Shown here piece by piece: positions 48,854 to 61,000 of a DNA stretch of 64,000 bases; the stretch's first letter is position 1, and each line of letters starts with the position of its first letter. Position numbers and translations under genes: made by a program. Below the pieces are notes generated by a model that was not told the origin of the DNA, made no database searches, and worked only from the letters and a program-made list of their open reading frames with translations. The stretch comes from Spirochaetia bacterium (GTDB taxonomy: Bacteria; Spirochaetota; Spirochaetia; SZUA-6; Bin103). The stretch covers positions 1-64,000 of the forward strand of contig CBDAOI010000003.1 of assembly GCA_965198005.1 (NCBI GenBank), given 5' to 3'.

Positions 48854-51800
48854 CCAGGTGCGGGACGCGGCAGGCGCGTTCCGTAACTGCGTGGCCGGCG
48901 TCCGGGGTCGACGCCACCGGCTGGAACTGGTCGGCTCAGTTCGGCGGTCTGGGCTACGACGGCGACCTCGACCTGTACGCGGTCAACGGCATGGTCGGCG
49001 AGGCGTTCGCGTACCTACCCGGCGCGGAGCTGCTGTTGACAGGCTGGCCAATGCCAAGGCGGACAAGCCCGCTCCCAATGCTGTCGCGGAGCGGGTCGAG
49101 GTCCTGGAAGCCTCTTCGTCGGCGTTCGCCCGGAGCGGCCGCCCGCCGGCAATGTCAGGCTCCAAGCCGCGCGGGCCGAGAGGTCCCCGCCACACGCTCT
49201 GATTCGAGCGTGATAATCGCGATGGCAGAGGCCCCCATAGCGTATCCGGTGAATCTGATCGATCAATACGACGGCACCGTACTGGTGACGTCGCCGGACT
49301 TCCCCGAGCTGACGACGTTCGGAGCGGTTCGGGCCGAGGCGTTGGCGCATGCCGTAGGAGCATTCGCGGAGGCGAATCGCAGGGGCATTCACGCCCGGAT
49401 GGATGTTCCGGCGCCGACGCCCACGGAGGGTGATTGTGCACACGTCGCAACGCTGACGATCGTGAAGGTGTTGCTCTACCGGGGCTCCGCGACGCGCGTG
49501 TCACGTGTCAGCAGGTCGGAGCTGGCGCGCCGCCTCAACTGGCACCTGCCGCGGTCGATCGCGGGCTCGACCTGAACCATGGCTCGCGGCTGGACCAGAT
49601 CGACGTAGCGCTCGCGGCCGACGGCCTGCGGTTGGATGTAGGCGTCGTCGCCATACGTTCGGGTTCACCTGCGGCTGCGACGAGCGATGGCACCTGACTG
49701 TCACGGTGGCGGCGGCCGCGGATGTGGATGGGGCACGCGAGATACCTGAACGTGCGCTGCCACCACGTCACCGTATCCAGCCTACCGGCGGCAACTCACC
49801 GGATATTCAAGGATCCCTTCGTCCGGTGTCAGGATCGTGGCCGTGGCGCCGAGGGCGGCTGCTACCAGAAGGCGGTCGAACGGGTCGTGATGCATCGGCA
49901 ATTCGGATGGGCGATACCACCTGCCATGCGATGGCGTTCGCCGAAGGCGACATCGACAACGACGGGCGCTTCGAGCCGCTCCCGGCGGACGTGAAGCCGT
50001 ACGGTTCGGGAGCCGACGTCGACGCGGCCTGGGGACCGGTGCTGCCGCCGGACGCCGGACGCCTACTACACGGGACGGCCCGGACATACGCCAATGCCCT
50101 CCAGGTGCGGGACGCGGGCCGGCGCGTTCCGCAACCGCGTGGCCGGCGTCCGGCGGCGACGCCACCGGCTGGAACTGGTCGGCTCAGTTCGGCGGTCTGG
50201 GCTACGATGGCGACCTCGACCCGTACACGGTCAACGGCATGGTCGGCGAGGCGTTCGGGTACCTACCCGGCGCGGAGCTGCTGTTGACAGGCTGGCCAGT
50301 GCCAAGGCGGGCAAGCCCGCTCCCGATGCTGTCGCGGAGCGGGTCGAGATCCTGGAAGCCTCTTCGTCGGCGTTCCCCCGGAGCGGCCGCACGCCCGCAA
50401 TGTCAGGCTCCAAGCCGCGCGGGCCGAGAGGTCCCCGCCACACGCTCTGATTCGAGCGTGATAATCGCGATGGCAGAGGCCCCCAGAGCGTATCCGGTGA
50501 ATCTGATCGATGAATACGACGGCACCGTACTGGTGGCGTGGCCGGACTTCCCGGAGCAGACGACGTTCGGAGCGCAGCGGGCCGAGGCGCTGGCGCATGC
50601 CGTAGGAGCATTGGCGGAGGCGAATCGCGTGGGTATTCACGCTCCGATGGACGTGCCGGCGCCGACGCCCATGGACGGTGATTGCGCGGACGTTGCAACG
50701 CTGACGATCGCGAAGGTGTTGCTCTACCGGGGAGGCGCGACGCGCGTGTCACGTGTTAGCAGGTCGGAGCTGGCGCGCCGTCTCAACTGGCACTTTCCGC
50801 GGTCGATCGCGGGCTCGACCTGAACCACGGCTCGCGGCTGGACCAGATCGACGCAGCGCTCGCGGCCGACGGCCTGCGGTTGGATGTAGGCGTCGTCGCC
50901 ATCCGTTCGGGTTCACCTGCGACTGCGACGAGCGATGGTGCCTGACTGTCACGGTGGCGGCGGCCGCGGATGTGGATGGGGCACGCGAGATACCTGAACG
51001 TGCGCTGCCACCACGTCACCGTATCCCAGCCTACCGGCGGCAACTCACCGAGTATTCAAGGATCCCTTCGTCCGGTGTCAGGATCGTGGGCGTGGCGCCG
51101 AGGGCGGCTGCTACCAGAAGGCGGTCGAACGGGTCGTGATGCATCGGCAATTCGGATGGGCGATACCACCTATCATGCGATGGCGTTCGCCGAAGGCGAC
51201 ATCGACAACGACGGCCGCTTCGAGCCGCTCGCGGCGGACATGAAGCCGTACGGTTCGGGAGCCGACATCGACGCGGCCTGCGCACCGGTGCTGCCGCCGG
51301 ACGCCTACTACACGGGACGGCCCGGACATACGCCAATGCCCTCCAGGTGCGGGACGCGGCCGGCGCGTTCCGCAACCGCGTGGCCGGCGTCCGGCGTCGA
51401 CGCCACCGGCTGGAACTGGTCGGCTCAGTTCGGCGGTCTGGGCTACGACGGCGACCTCGACCTGTACGCGGTCAACGGCATGGTCGGCGAGGCGTTCGGG
51501 TACCTACCCGGCGCGGAGCTGCTGTCGACAGGCTGGCCAGTGCCAAGGCGGGCAAGCCCGCTCCCAATGCTGTCGCGGAGCCGGTCGAGGTCCTGGAAGC
51601 CTGTTCGTCGGCGTTCGCCCGGAGCGGCCGCCCGTCAGGCTCCAAGCCGCGCGGGCCGAGAGGTCCCCGCCACACGCTCTGATTCGAGCGTGATAATCCC
51701 GATGGCAGAGGCCCCCAGAGCGTATCCGGTGAATCTGATCGATGAATACGACGGCACAGTACTGGTGGCGTGGCCGGACTTCCCCGAGCTGACGACGTTC

Positions 51801-52793
51801 GGAGCGGATCGGGCCGAGGCGTTGGCGCATGTCGTAGGAGCATTCGCGGAGGCGAATCGCATGGGCATTCACGCTCCGATGGACGTGGCGGCGCCGACGC
51901 CCACGGTGATTGTGCGCACGTCGCAACGCTGACGGTCACGAAGGTGTTGCTCTACCGGGGCTCCGCGACGCGCGTGTCACGTGTCAGCAGGTCGGAGCTG
52001 GCGCGCCGCCTCAACTGGCAGTTTCGGCCGTCGATCGCGTGCTTGACCTGAACCGCGGCTCGCGCCTGGACCAGATCGACGCAGCGCTCGTGGCCGACGG
52101 CCTGCGGTTGGATGTAGGCGTCGCCGCCATACATTCGGGTTCACCTGCGGCTGCGACGAACGACGGCACCTGACTGTCACGGTGGCGGCGGCCGCTGATG
52201 TGGATGGGGCACGCGAGATACCTGAACGTGCGCTGCCACCACGTCACCGTATCCAGCCTACCGGCGGCAACTCACCGAGTATTCAAGGATCCCTTCGTCC
52301 GGTGTCAGGATCGTGGGCGTGGCGCCGAGGGCGGCTGCTACCAGAAGGCGGTCGAACGGGTCGTGATGCATCGGCAATTCGGATGGGCGATACCACCTAC
52401 CATGCGATGGCGTTCGCCGAAGGCGACATCGACAACCACGGCCGCTTCGAGCCGCTCCCCGGCGGACATGAAGCCGTACGGTTCGGGAGCCGACGTCGAC
52501 GCGCCCTCGGGACCGGTGCTGCCGCCGGACGCCTACTACACGGGACGGCCCGGAGATACGCCAATGCCCTCCAGGTGCGGGACGCGGCCGGCGCGTTCCG
52601 CAACCGCGTGGCCGGCGTCCGGCGTCGACGCCACCGGCTGAAACTGGTCGGTTCAGTTCGGCGGTCTGGGCTACGACGGCGACCTCGACCTGTACACGGT
52701 CAACGGCATGGTCGGCGAGGCGTTGGGTACCTACCCGGCGCGGAGCTGCTGTTGACAGGCTGGCCAGTGCCAAGGCGGGCAAGCCCGCTCCCA
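48854..52793 (+). repeat. Tandem array B: ~3.2 copies of the same 1.25-kb unit
   Basis: Anchor recurs at 49955, 51204, 52431; same peptides and frameshifts as array A. Confidence 0.92.
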
Positions 52794-52799
52794 TAGCTC

Positions 52800-54400
52800 A
52801 AGCGGCTCAACACGGCGATCAGGCGCTGCTGGAGTAACACAGCGCGGGCCCCTTTCGGCGGCTGCCTACTCACGGCGCGAGCTGTTCGGGCAGATCGAGC
52901 AGCAGCTCCCGGCGCCGTTGCCGGCGCACCAGTTCCTGCTGCACCGGATCCGCGAAGTGACTAAGCGGGCCCCGCCTAACGACGGCTCCGTACGCATGAG
53001 TTGCCGCGCCGGTACTCGGCACGGCGGTTGTCATGGTGGGGGGACGAACCCCAGGGGCTCCGGCTGGTGAGGGGGGCCGGCTTCCATCAATCCGGCGGCT
53101 TCCTGCGCAGCCTGTAAGCTGTCATGGTCGTCGTATTTCGCCTTCAGTACGGTCCGGCCACCCTCATCGACGTCATACAATCGGAGCGGATAGAGCGCTT
53201 TCGTGCCGTCGTGGTACTCCTTCGCGATACGCCACCGGAAGCGCGGAGCACCATTCCGTGCTTCGCGTCGGTCCCGTTCCCAATCCTCGGACGCTTGGCC
53301 CGGTAGCGGCGCCCGCTCGATTGTCGCGCTCCGGTGCGTCCATCCGCACCCGTCGACGCCCATTTGCGTATCCACGTCAGGCAATGGTAGCGATTGTCTA
53401 TTGCTCATCCACGTCTCCGCGCGTCTCCGACCTCTCCGGGTGCGACTCCAGATTGCGGATAGATTGTGCTGCCACCCATTCGATGGAGCACTGAGGCGGT
53501 GGCGGCAGGGTCCGCACGAAGTCGGATTCGAAACGCCCGTTCATGATGCGTGCGGGCGACTGCAGCCATGTGCCGTGCCCCGGCCGGTGTCCAGGTCATG
53601 CAGGTCTGCTTCATGCGCGCTGCCACTACGTGTTTGCGACCGCTCTCCACCGTGCCCGGCCGAGGGCTCCAGCGCCGCCTACACGGTGCACCTGCCCAGC
53701 GACCCCACGGCTCCAGCGACGGTTACGCTGACGCAGCCGACGAACACCGACGTAACCGTGGACACGGACCAAGCACCGGAAGCACCGGCGGGAACACGTT
53801 GACCTTCACCCCTCGAATTCGAGCACGCTGTAGCGGGTGGCGCTTTCGGTGGCTGGAGACGACGACGCGGTCAACGAGAAAGCCACGGTTGTAGGCCAAC
53901 ACGCTGCAGCTGCGGGACCGGCCGGGGCGTTCCGCAAACGCGCGGCCGGCGCCGGGGTCGACGCCAGCGGCTGGAACTGGTTGGCCCTGTTGGGCGACCT
54001 CGACAACAACGGCGACCTCGACGTCGTGATCAACACCTTCCGCATCCCGGCGGCGCCAGCCTCCAGGAGCGCTGACCGTCGCGAAGGTGATGCTACCCGG
54101 GGATTCGCGGCGCGCGCGTCAGCCGAGTTGCTGACGTTGGACCCCGACGACACCGGCCGCGCCCGGTCTACGCCAACAGCCTGCCTATCGCGACATGGAG
54201 TGGGCCGACGACATGGTCAGCCGGACCGGCAACCTGCCCGCCGACACGGTGACCCCACGACGGCTAACGCCCCATGACGTTGCGCCGCCGACGCTCGTAG
54301 CGGCGCGAAGCTGTTATCTGGACAGGCAACCTGATGGCGATGGCTTCGACGGTCAAAGGGGGCGGGCCGCCACCCGAGGCGGCCCGCTTCTCGGACGATA
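52800..54400. pseudogene. Mosaic of fragments: istA-like piece, small hypothetical ORF (53031-53408 minus), ISKra4 C-terminus (~53500-53650 minus), Ig/Calx-like repeat (~53655-53890), partial FG-GAP/hicB copy (~53895-54130)
   Basis: SRRELFGQIE; ESGRKHVVAARMKQTCMTWTPAGA; YTVHLPSDPTAPATVT...NTLTFTP...GDDDAVNE; GWNWLALLGDLDNNGDLD. Confidence 0.6.
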
Positions 54401-54407
54401 CCAGCTA

Positions 54408-55268
54408 CTATGAAGTCGTGTACGGCTTCACTTTGAAGTGAATGATCTCCGTTACGTCGTCGGCCGTGCCGGTCTTATGTTCCGCTGTGAGCTCAAGCAC
54501 CACGGTGACGCTTGCCGGAGTCGGGATACGGCTAGCCGCAGCCGCGGGTAGAGTGATCACAATGCAGTCGTTGTCATTGCTATCGTTGTTATCTCCGTCG
54601 TAGTCCTCGGTATCATCGCAGTCTCCCAGACGTGGTACGGTCCCGTCAAGGTAGTGTTCACCCCCAAGGAGAACTGGCGCGGTGAAATTGGGGGGGTTCG
54701 CCGAGTCGTACTCCCTGTACGTCGAGAACTTGGGGTGGTCGGACAACTTGAACAAGATTGGGTCGATGGCCTCGGTACTCGCCCTGCTGGGAAGCACGTG
54801 GGGCTTATGGTAGCTTCCTAATGTACACGCGATCGGTACAATCGCAGTACCACCCGGTATCATTATCATACAATCGAGAAGCGGCGCCGTGACGGTTACC
54901 TTGACCGACACGGTGATCGTTTCGGTTCCATCGGACACCTGGAACGAGACCGTTGCCCTCTGCTGTCGGGTGGCCGGCGGGGCCGGAACGAGCGTCCCCG
55001 CGGTGATTATGATTTCCGTCGGGTTGGAGGCTTTATCGACGCCGATCGTCGCTACCGCGGCGTCGGTCGACGAGAAGTTGGAGAGCGTGAGCGAGTCGCT
55101 GTCCTTGTCCTTGATTACGGTCGTGATCTTGCCCTTCCATTCATCGCCCGAGTCAAGCGACACCGTTTTCGGCAGGTCCGCCATGGGCTTGGTGTTCTGG
55201 CCGCAGCTCACCAGCGCGAACACCAGAGCCCCGACCACAAGGCCCGCTTTCAAAATCTTGGGAGTCAT
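54408..55268 (-). CDS. Lipoprotein with Ig/cadherin-like beta-rich domains
   Basis: Signal peptide MTPKILKAGLVVGALVFALVS|C; DKDSDSLT and FQVSDG motifs; AGGAGG RBS. Confidence 0.75.
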   Translation of the reverse strand: MTPKILKAGLVVGALVFALVSCGQNTKPMADLPKTVSLDSGDEWKGKITTVIKDKDSDSLTLSNFSSTDAAVATIGVDKASNPTEIIITAGTLVPAPPATRQQRATVSFQVSDGTETITVSVKVTVTAPLLDCMIMIPGGTAIVPIACTLGSYHKPHVLPSRASTEAIDPILFKLSDHPKFSTYREYDSANPPNFTAPVLLGGEHYLDGTVPRLGDCDDTEDYDGDNNDSNDNDCIVITLPAAAASRIPTPASVTVVLELTAEHKTGTADDVTEIIHFKVKPYTTS

Positions 55269-55689
55269 GTTCCCCTCCTAAAGGTAGATTCAAGGTGATA
55301 CTACCCACTATCGCCGGCTTGGGCAAGTGCCTGCGGGGAAAAATCCGGGGCACCCCGCGGGGAGCGGCTACAGACGGACCAGCCAGCCGATCACGGTCGC
55401 GGCGTCGCGCTTGGTGAGCTCGTGCATCGGCACCGCGCGACCGAGCGCTGCCTTGGTGGCGATGGTGAGGTTAATTCTATTGCTGGCAAGCAATACCGTG
55501 ATGTAGGACCGCTGCCAGTCGCTGACGTGCCGGCGGCGCCTGCGCCACCATCCGGCCGGCGTGTGTTGCATCTCTACTATATATAAGGTATCGGCCGGTG
55601 GGCGGGAATATTTCAGGCTTGTCTCTGTCCGGAACGGGCCGCGGCGCGCCCGGGGGCGCGTCCGGGGCATGGGGGCGCGCGCTCATGGT

Positions 55690-56363
55690 GCCACGGCGCC
55701 GGTTCCGGCAGCATCGCCAGCGGCGGCGACAGCTCCCGGTAGCGCCCCTCGCGGCTGAGCACGGTGCCTTTGGAGTGTTCGGGAGGGTCTGGGAGATGAG
55801 CGGGAGGGAGCCGGCGCGGCAGGACGTGCCGGCCGCGGTAGGGGCTGCGGGAGCAGTCGCGCCGCGAGGGGGCGCGGCTACGCCGGGACGTGGGCAGGCT
55901 GCAGCGGGAGCTGGAGACGCCACCTCGCCACGTTGGCCGGAGCGGATGATCTGATAGTCGAGCTCGCCGCCGGCGGCGGGCCCGCGATTCCGGGGCGGCT
56001 GGAACGCTCGCGCCGCCTATACGGGGAGGCTGCCGGCGTCGGCCCGGCGCGCGTGACCCCGGCCGCGGCGTCGATCCGCAGCCGCCGCGCTCAACAACTG
56101 CGGCAGGCCGGCATCTCGGTGTGTTCTGAATGCGCCTGCCGGCAGCCCTGCTCCATTTACCAGGTTCGGTTCGGCGGCGGTATGCCAAGCGAACCGCACG
56201 GCCGCGTGGCAAGGTAGAGCTTTCGTAGGGTAGGAGGGGGCAAATCGGAAATTACTTCCTTGGAGTTACGGCCCCACCGTCGTATCGATCCCCCTACGGC
56301 ACGACGCCGACCAGGGGGACCGCGCGGCCCATTTTACTCTCGCGCAATAAGGTTGCTCTTTGT
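55690..56363 (+). repeat. Long direct repeat, copy 1 (copy 2 at 63414-64000)
   Basis: GCCACGGCGCCGG...GGTTGCTCTTTGT shared; copy 2 lacks ~90 bp. Confidence 0.88.
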
Positions 56364-56615
56364 CAGTGGCACGCCGCACTGCAACCACCGGGAGCCCTTG
56401 CGAGTAATCCTGTATATCCCTCTCGAAGGGCGCTCCACCAAATCAGCGCCCCGTAGATCCTGCAGGATATAACCGTGTCTCGCTAGTGTGTCGTATGGCA
56501 CCCCTGCAGATTTCGCCACTTGTTCGTAGATCGCCTTTCTCCTGCATGACTTGCCCTCTTTGAGCGCTTCTAGAGCGAACCGGCGCTTGTCCGTGCCGCT
56601 AAGGGTGGTCGTCAC
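56334..56615 (-). CDS. Stand-alone Mrr N-terminal-like winged-helix protein
   Basis: ALEALKEG...IYEQVA...LRGADLVERPSRGIYRITRKG. Confidence 0.6.
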   Translation of the reverse strand: MTTTLSGTDKRRFALEALKEGKSCRRKAIYEQVAKSAGVPYDTLARHGYILQDLRGADLVERPSRGIYRITRKGSRWLQCGVPLTKSNLIARE

Positions 56616-56774
56616 GGTGCCCCGTCACCACCACGGCCATCAAACACGGACATTCCACCGTTGCTGCTACCCCCAGCCAGCCAACACCGCTCTCCATCGG
56701 AGCCCTCCGGGCCGTCGGCTGTTTCGGTGTGCGCCGATACGGTAATTGTCAACATAGGTCGGTTTTCGAGCCGC

Positions 56775-57885
56775 CACGGTCTCCAGGTTGGCGGCGCGGT
56801 AGCTGGTACCGGCGAAGCGGCCGGACTGCACGAAGGTCTCCAGCGGCACCGGCCGGTAGCCGTAGCGGGCCTGCCAGTCGTCGGGCAGCCGCGGCCTGAT
56901 GCGCGTCAGCATCGTGGAAGCGAGATTGCGCACCTGCACGCAGGGCAGGATCAGAAGCGGGCGTTGGTCACCACCAGGTGCAGGCGCGCTTGGCGTTGGG
57001 TCGCGCGCGTCATCGAGCCGTCCGCATGGTCGAACCTGAGCACGACCGCACCGTCCCGCTTTGCCATCGACCGATATGAGGGGCCGGAGTACACCAGGTC
57101 CGGTTGGCCATACGCCTTGGCCAGTGCCCACAGCGACAGTCTCCGGCCGACCTCCTGCTTGTTCGTCGGGTGGACGTCGCCGACGTTGCCGACGTCGCGG
57201 TCACGGTGCCGGTATTCCGGATCAGGGCTGCCGTTTGGGCTTCCCGGATCTCGAGCGGATGGATCATCCCGTTGTACCGGGCGGTCGGCTGTGTCTCCTG
57301 CGCCGGCGGATGGGCGCTCGCCGGAATCGGCATGATGGGTCCGCCGCTCTCCAGCCGCCGCGCGCGTGCTGGCCACTCAGGCTGCTACCGACGCCAGCGT
57401 CGCGGGCGGCTGCCAAACAGAGCATGCGGCCTGGCCTGGACGCGGCAGAGCGACCGCGTCAGGGTGGGTCGGACCAACCTGGAGGAGACCCTTCGATGAC
57501 TCGTGCGGTTGCTGGTGGCGTACGGCACCGGCGAGCTGGTCGACCCGACCACCACCCTGGAGCTGGTCAAGGAGTACTGGGAGGCGATCGGCCTCAAGGT
57601 GCGCTCAAGCCGCTGGAGCGCACCCTGATGATTCAGCGCCAGCCGTCGGCGGAGCACGGCATCATCGTCAGCCCGCTGTCCGACACCTCCGAGATCGCCG
57701 GCATGATGCAGCGGGCCGTGCACTTCCCGCCGCCCGGCAACACCGCGAGCGGGCCTACGACTGGGGCACCTGGCTGCGCGCCGACCGCGAGATCCGCCTC
57801 GGCAGCAACACGCCACCGCGTCGATCCACAGCCGCCGCGCCCAAGATGACCCGTGGCCCGTGGTGGTTCACCTGCCACCCGGCGT
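56775..57885. pseudogene. Fused fragments: DUF4338-family (minus), sialate O-acetylesterase (minus), ABC substrate-binding protein (plus)
   Basis: LILPCVQVRNLAS...DDWQARYGYRPVPLETFV; DVHPTNKQEVGRRL...YSGP; DPTTTLELVKEYWEAIGLKV. Confidence 0.65.
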
Positions 57886-58057
57886 GATACCCCCGCCCTG
57901 AGTGTCGGTCAGGAACGGGTTGCGGTAGATAGCCTGGGGACAATCGAAGTCCTTACTACTTCCATCAAAGTCAGCTCTTGTCCATGTATTGCTAACATGA
58001 GGCGCCAGGCTCCGTGGCACGACCGAACCGCAGGGACCTCCCCATGAGGGAAGCGGA

Positions 58058-61000
58058 TTACATGTGCTGCACGTCCACTACAACGACCGAGATCTTGCGC
58101 CGTTCGTCTTCCGAGAGGGTCGCCTCGAGGCGCATCTGCAATTCCTCCGATCCAGAGGGAGGCGCACCGGTTGGCGGCGGCGGCATGTGGTCTTTCCCGA
58201 ACCAGAACACCAAGTAGATGCCGTAGCCGCCCGTGGCCGGGGCACTTGCGTACTTTGCGACCAGCTGATTCCTTGCAGCGCTCCATAGATAACGGTGCCG
58301 GTTTTTCTTGATCTCCACCGGAACTTCGAAATCCTGGAATGCAACACGAATGTCGGCCCGCTTGTCATTGGCGTACTGTCCTTCCGGCTGTGCATCAACG
58401 CCTGCGGGAAGACGTTGACGCAGATCGGACAACAAAGCGTCACGACAGTGGTCCTCGTGCTTGGGAGTGGGGTCCCGTTCTGGTGGTTCGCTCCAGAACT
58501 GGCGCCAGTCATCCGTATTGCCGGTGCGGATCCGTCTCGCCAGCTCGACAAGCCGGTCGGTAAGCAGCGCTGCCAAGTCGCCGGCATTGGCAGGAGTTCC
58601 TGCCTTCAGCGTGCGGCACACCTGCTCGACTGAGGGATGCTGGTAGGTGGCGTCGCGGTGGATCACCCGCTGACGGTCCACGGCGTCTTGCAGCGAACGG
58701 CGCCATTCGTCCAACGCCGGCTCCGCAGCGAGCCGTCCGAGAGCGTCGCTGGTGTCTTGATCGGGGCGGTCGGCAAGCGTACGTATCATCCGACGAACGC
58801 AGTCGGCAGCACCCTCGCGTGCAGACTCATTTTGATTGGCGACAAACCCCTCGGTCTCCAACGCGTTCCACGGCGCGACCCGGCGTGCGAGCAAGTCGAC
58901 AAACGTCTCCAGCGTCGCCGTGGGCAGGTCGTCGAGTTGGGGGCCGGTCCGCAACAGAAATGCCGCAAGTTGCGAAACACGCAGTTCCTGCTCTGCAACG
59001 AACTCGCGCAAGCGGTTGAGGCAGGTATTCGGAGCCGCGACAACCTCGGCGGCCAGCCAGCGTACACGCTGTGCCGCACTCATGCTCACGCGTGACAGCT
59101 TGCCAGCTATCAATGCCAGGAGCGCTGTGCGGTCCGCACGGAGCAGTGCCGCAATGAGAAGTTCGTCGAGCATTGCGATTGCCTGCCGCTGGGCGGTGCG
59201 CAACGGAAAAGCACTCAGAAGAGGAAGTACGGCCTGACCGGCTATAGGGGTATAGTCCCCGACGCCGAGTTCGTAGGCAATCGTGGAGTCGTATGTGCCG
59301 TTGCGCATCTTGGCGGAGACGCACTGCACGAGGATCTCGCCCGCGACTGTGGCGTTTGCGTCGAGTAGCCGTCGCGCGCGAATCCGGGCATTCTCCTCGA
59401 ACGTACAGAAATGGAACGCGAATGCCTTACGCAACTGCTCGTCGCTCAGTTTCCGCAGATCGTCCAGTTCATCGATACCTACGAGGACAGGCAGGGCGAT
59501 GAGATAGTCTTCATTTGACCCTAATAGGCCGATGATCTCTTCGACTTCGGGGACATCTTCCCGGAACGGCGCACCACGCATGCCGGCGAGAGCAGCGTCG
59601 ACCAGAGGTGTTTCGTCGTCGAAGAGCTCCTTCATGCGCTTCTCGGCATCGGCTCCGTTTACGTCGGAAAAGAGTCCCAAGTATGCCTTGCTGAGCTCAT
59701 GGAGCAACCTGGGATGACACCGATCGTCATGCAATGCGTTCGCCTCAGATCGAACGAGAGCAACGAAACTCCGCCGCCTGCTTTCACGCTCCTGCGTATA
59801 GCTTTGCCGGCGGCCGTAACTACTCCAGTGATCCTCTGACAAGCGATGGACGCGCCACTTTTCCCAAATACCTCGCAACAACTCACTGGTCCGGGCACCC
59901 ATCACCAGATCTTCAATGGACACACCTTGATCGCCATCCTGCATCGCCGCCGAGTGGCACGACTGCGTGAAGTAGAAATCGGCTGTCCTGAAGTCCGTCG
60001 CGTCTGCGGCCTGTTTGAGACACCAGTGTCCGAAGTCAGCCGGGGGACTGGAGTGATACAACAACTCACGGATGTTCAATTCCATCGGCATCTCTGGAGA
60101 CCCGTTGACGTACTCCGTGACGATCTCCTTCTGGATCTCGGGGCGCTGTTCAAGCCAAATGCGAATGCGTCGATACGCTTCTCCGGAAGGGTGCATACTT
60201 CGAAACGGATCTACGTGCAGCCAATCGAAGAGCCGCCTCGTCGTGAGTGAGTCACCCCACACTTCGATGCCGCGTGCCAGGAGAGCCACCGGTACATCCT
60301 TCAGGTGACGGTTTTCCAGGACGGATTTCAGACTCTCACTTCTGGTCACCAACTCGTCAAGAAGTTGCGCGACGTGCGCGTCCGAGGAGTTCGCGGCCAG
60401 ATCGGATCTCCAGAAGTGACGATACTCGGCCGCATATTGATTCGCCGACTCCGTCAGATGGTCCCAGATCTTCGACGGCGGGATCTGGTGAGGGTACAGA
60501 TGGCTCAATGCCACGGCGGTGAGCTGATCCTGCCAGTCCGTAACGTTGTCCGCGGCGATATCTACGAGAAGTTGCTCCAGCTTCCGTTGTGCAACGTCGC
60601 GATCTCGGCAGTTGTGGATGTACGCCTTCAAGGCCATCTTCGGGTATTGTGCCCAGCGATTTTCCCCATATACGATGCAAATCAGACTATCGGCGAGACT
60701 TGGGAGCGGCTCACCGTGCGCAAGGGCGACCAAGACCAACGCGACAAGCGTCGGTGGCTGCTCGTTGCGAGAATCCAGGATCGCCTGGAGTTGGCGCTCC
60801 ATGCCGGGAGTAGCGACGGCCCCGAGAGTCGAGGCCGTCCAACTTACCGAGTTGAGCCGGGATGCCTCCCGTCCAAGTGCCTCAAGCAGGTTCTGCTTTT
60901 CCCCCGGCGAGAATCCCTGCACATCACCGTAGGATACGACGCCGATCGGATCCCGCCTAATAAGCTCGAGTCGAGCGTCTTCACATAACGCCGCCAGCCA

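Noticed and set aside
56775-56985. Second druA / Druantia locus
   Set aside because: Short fragment of the other, usually transposase-linked DUF4338 subfamily, with no dru neighbours
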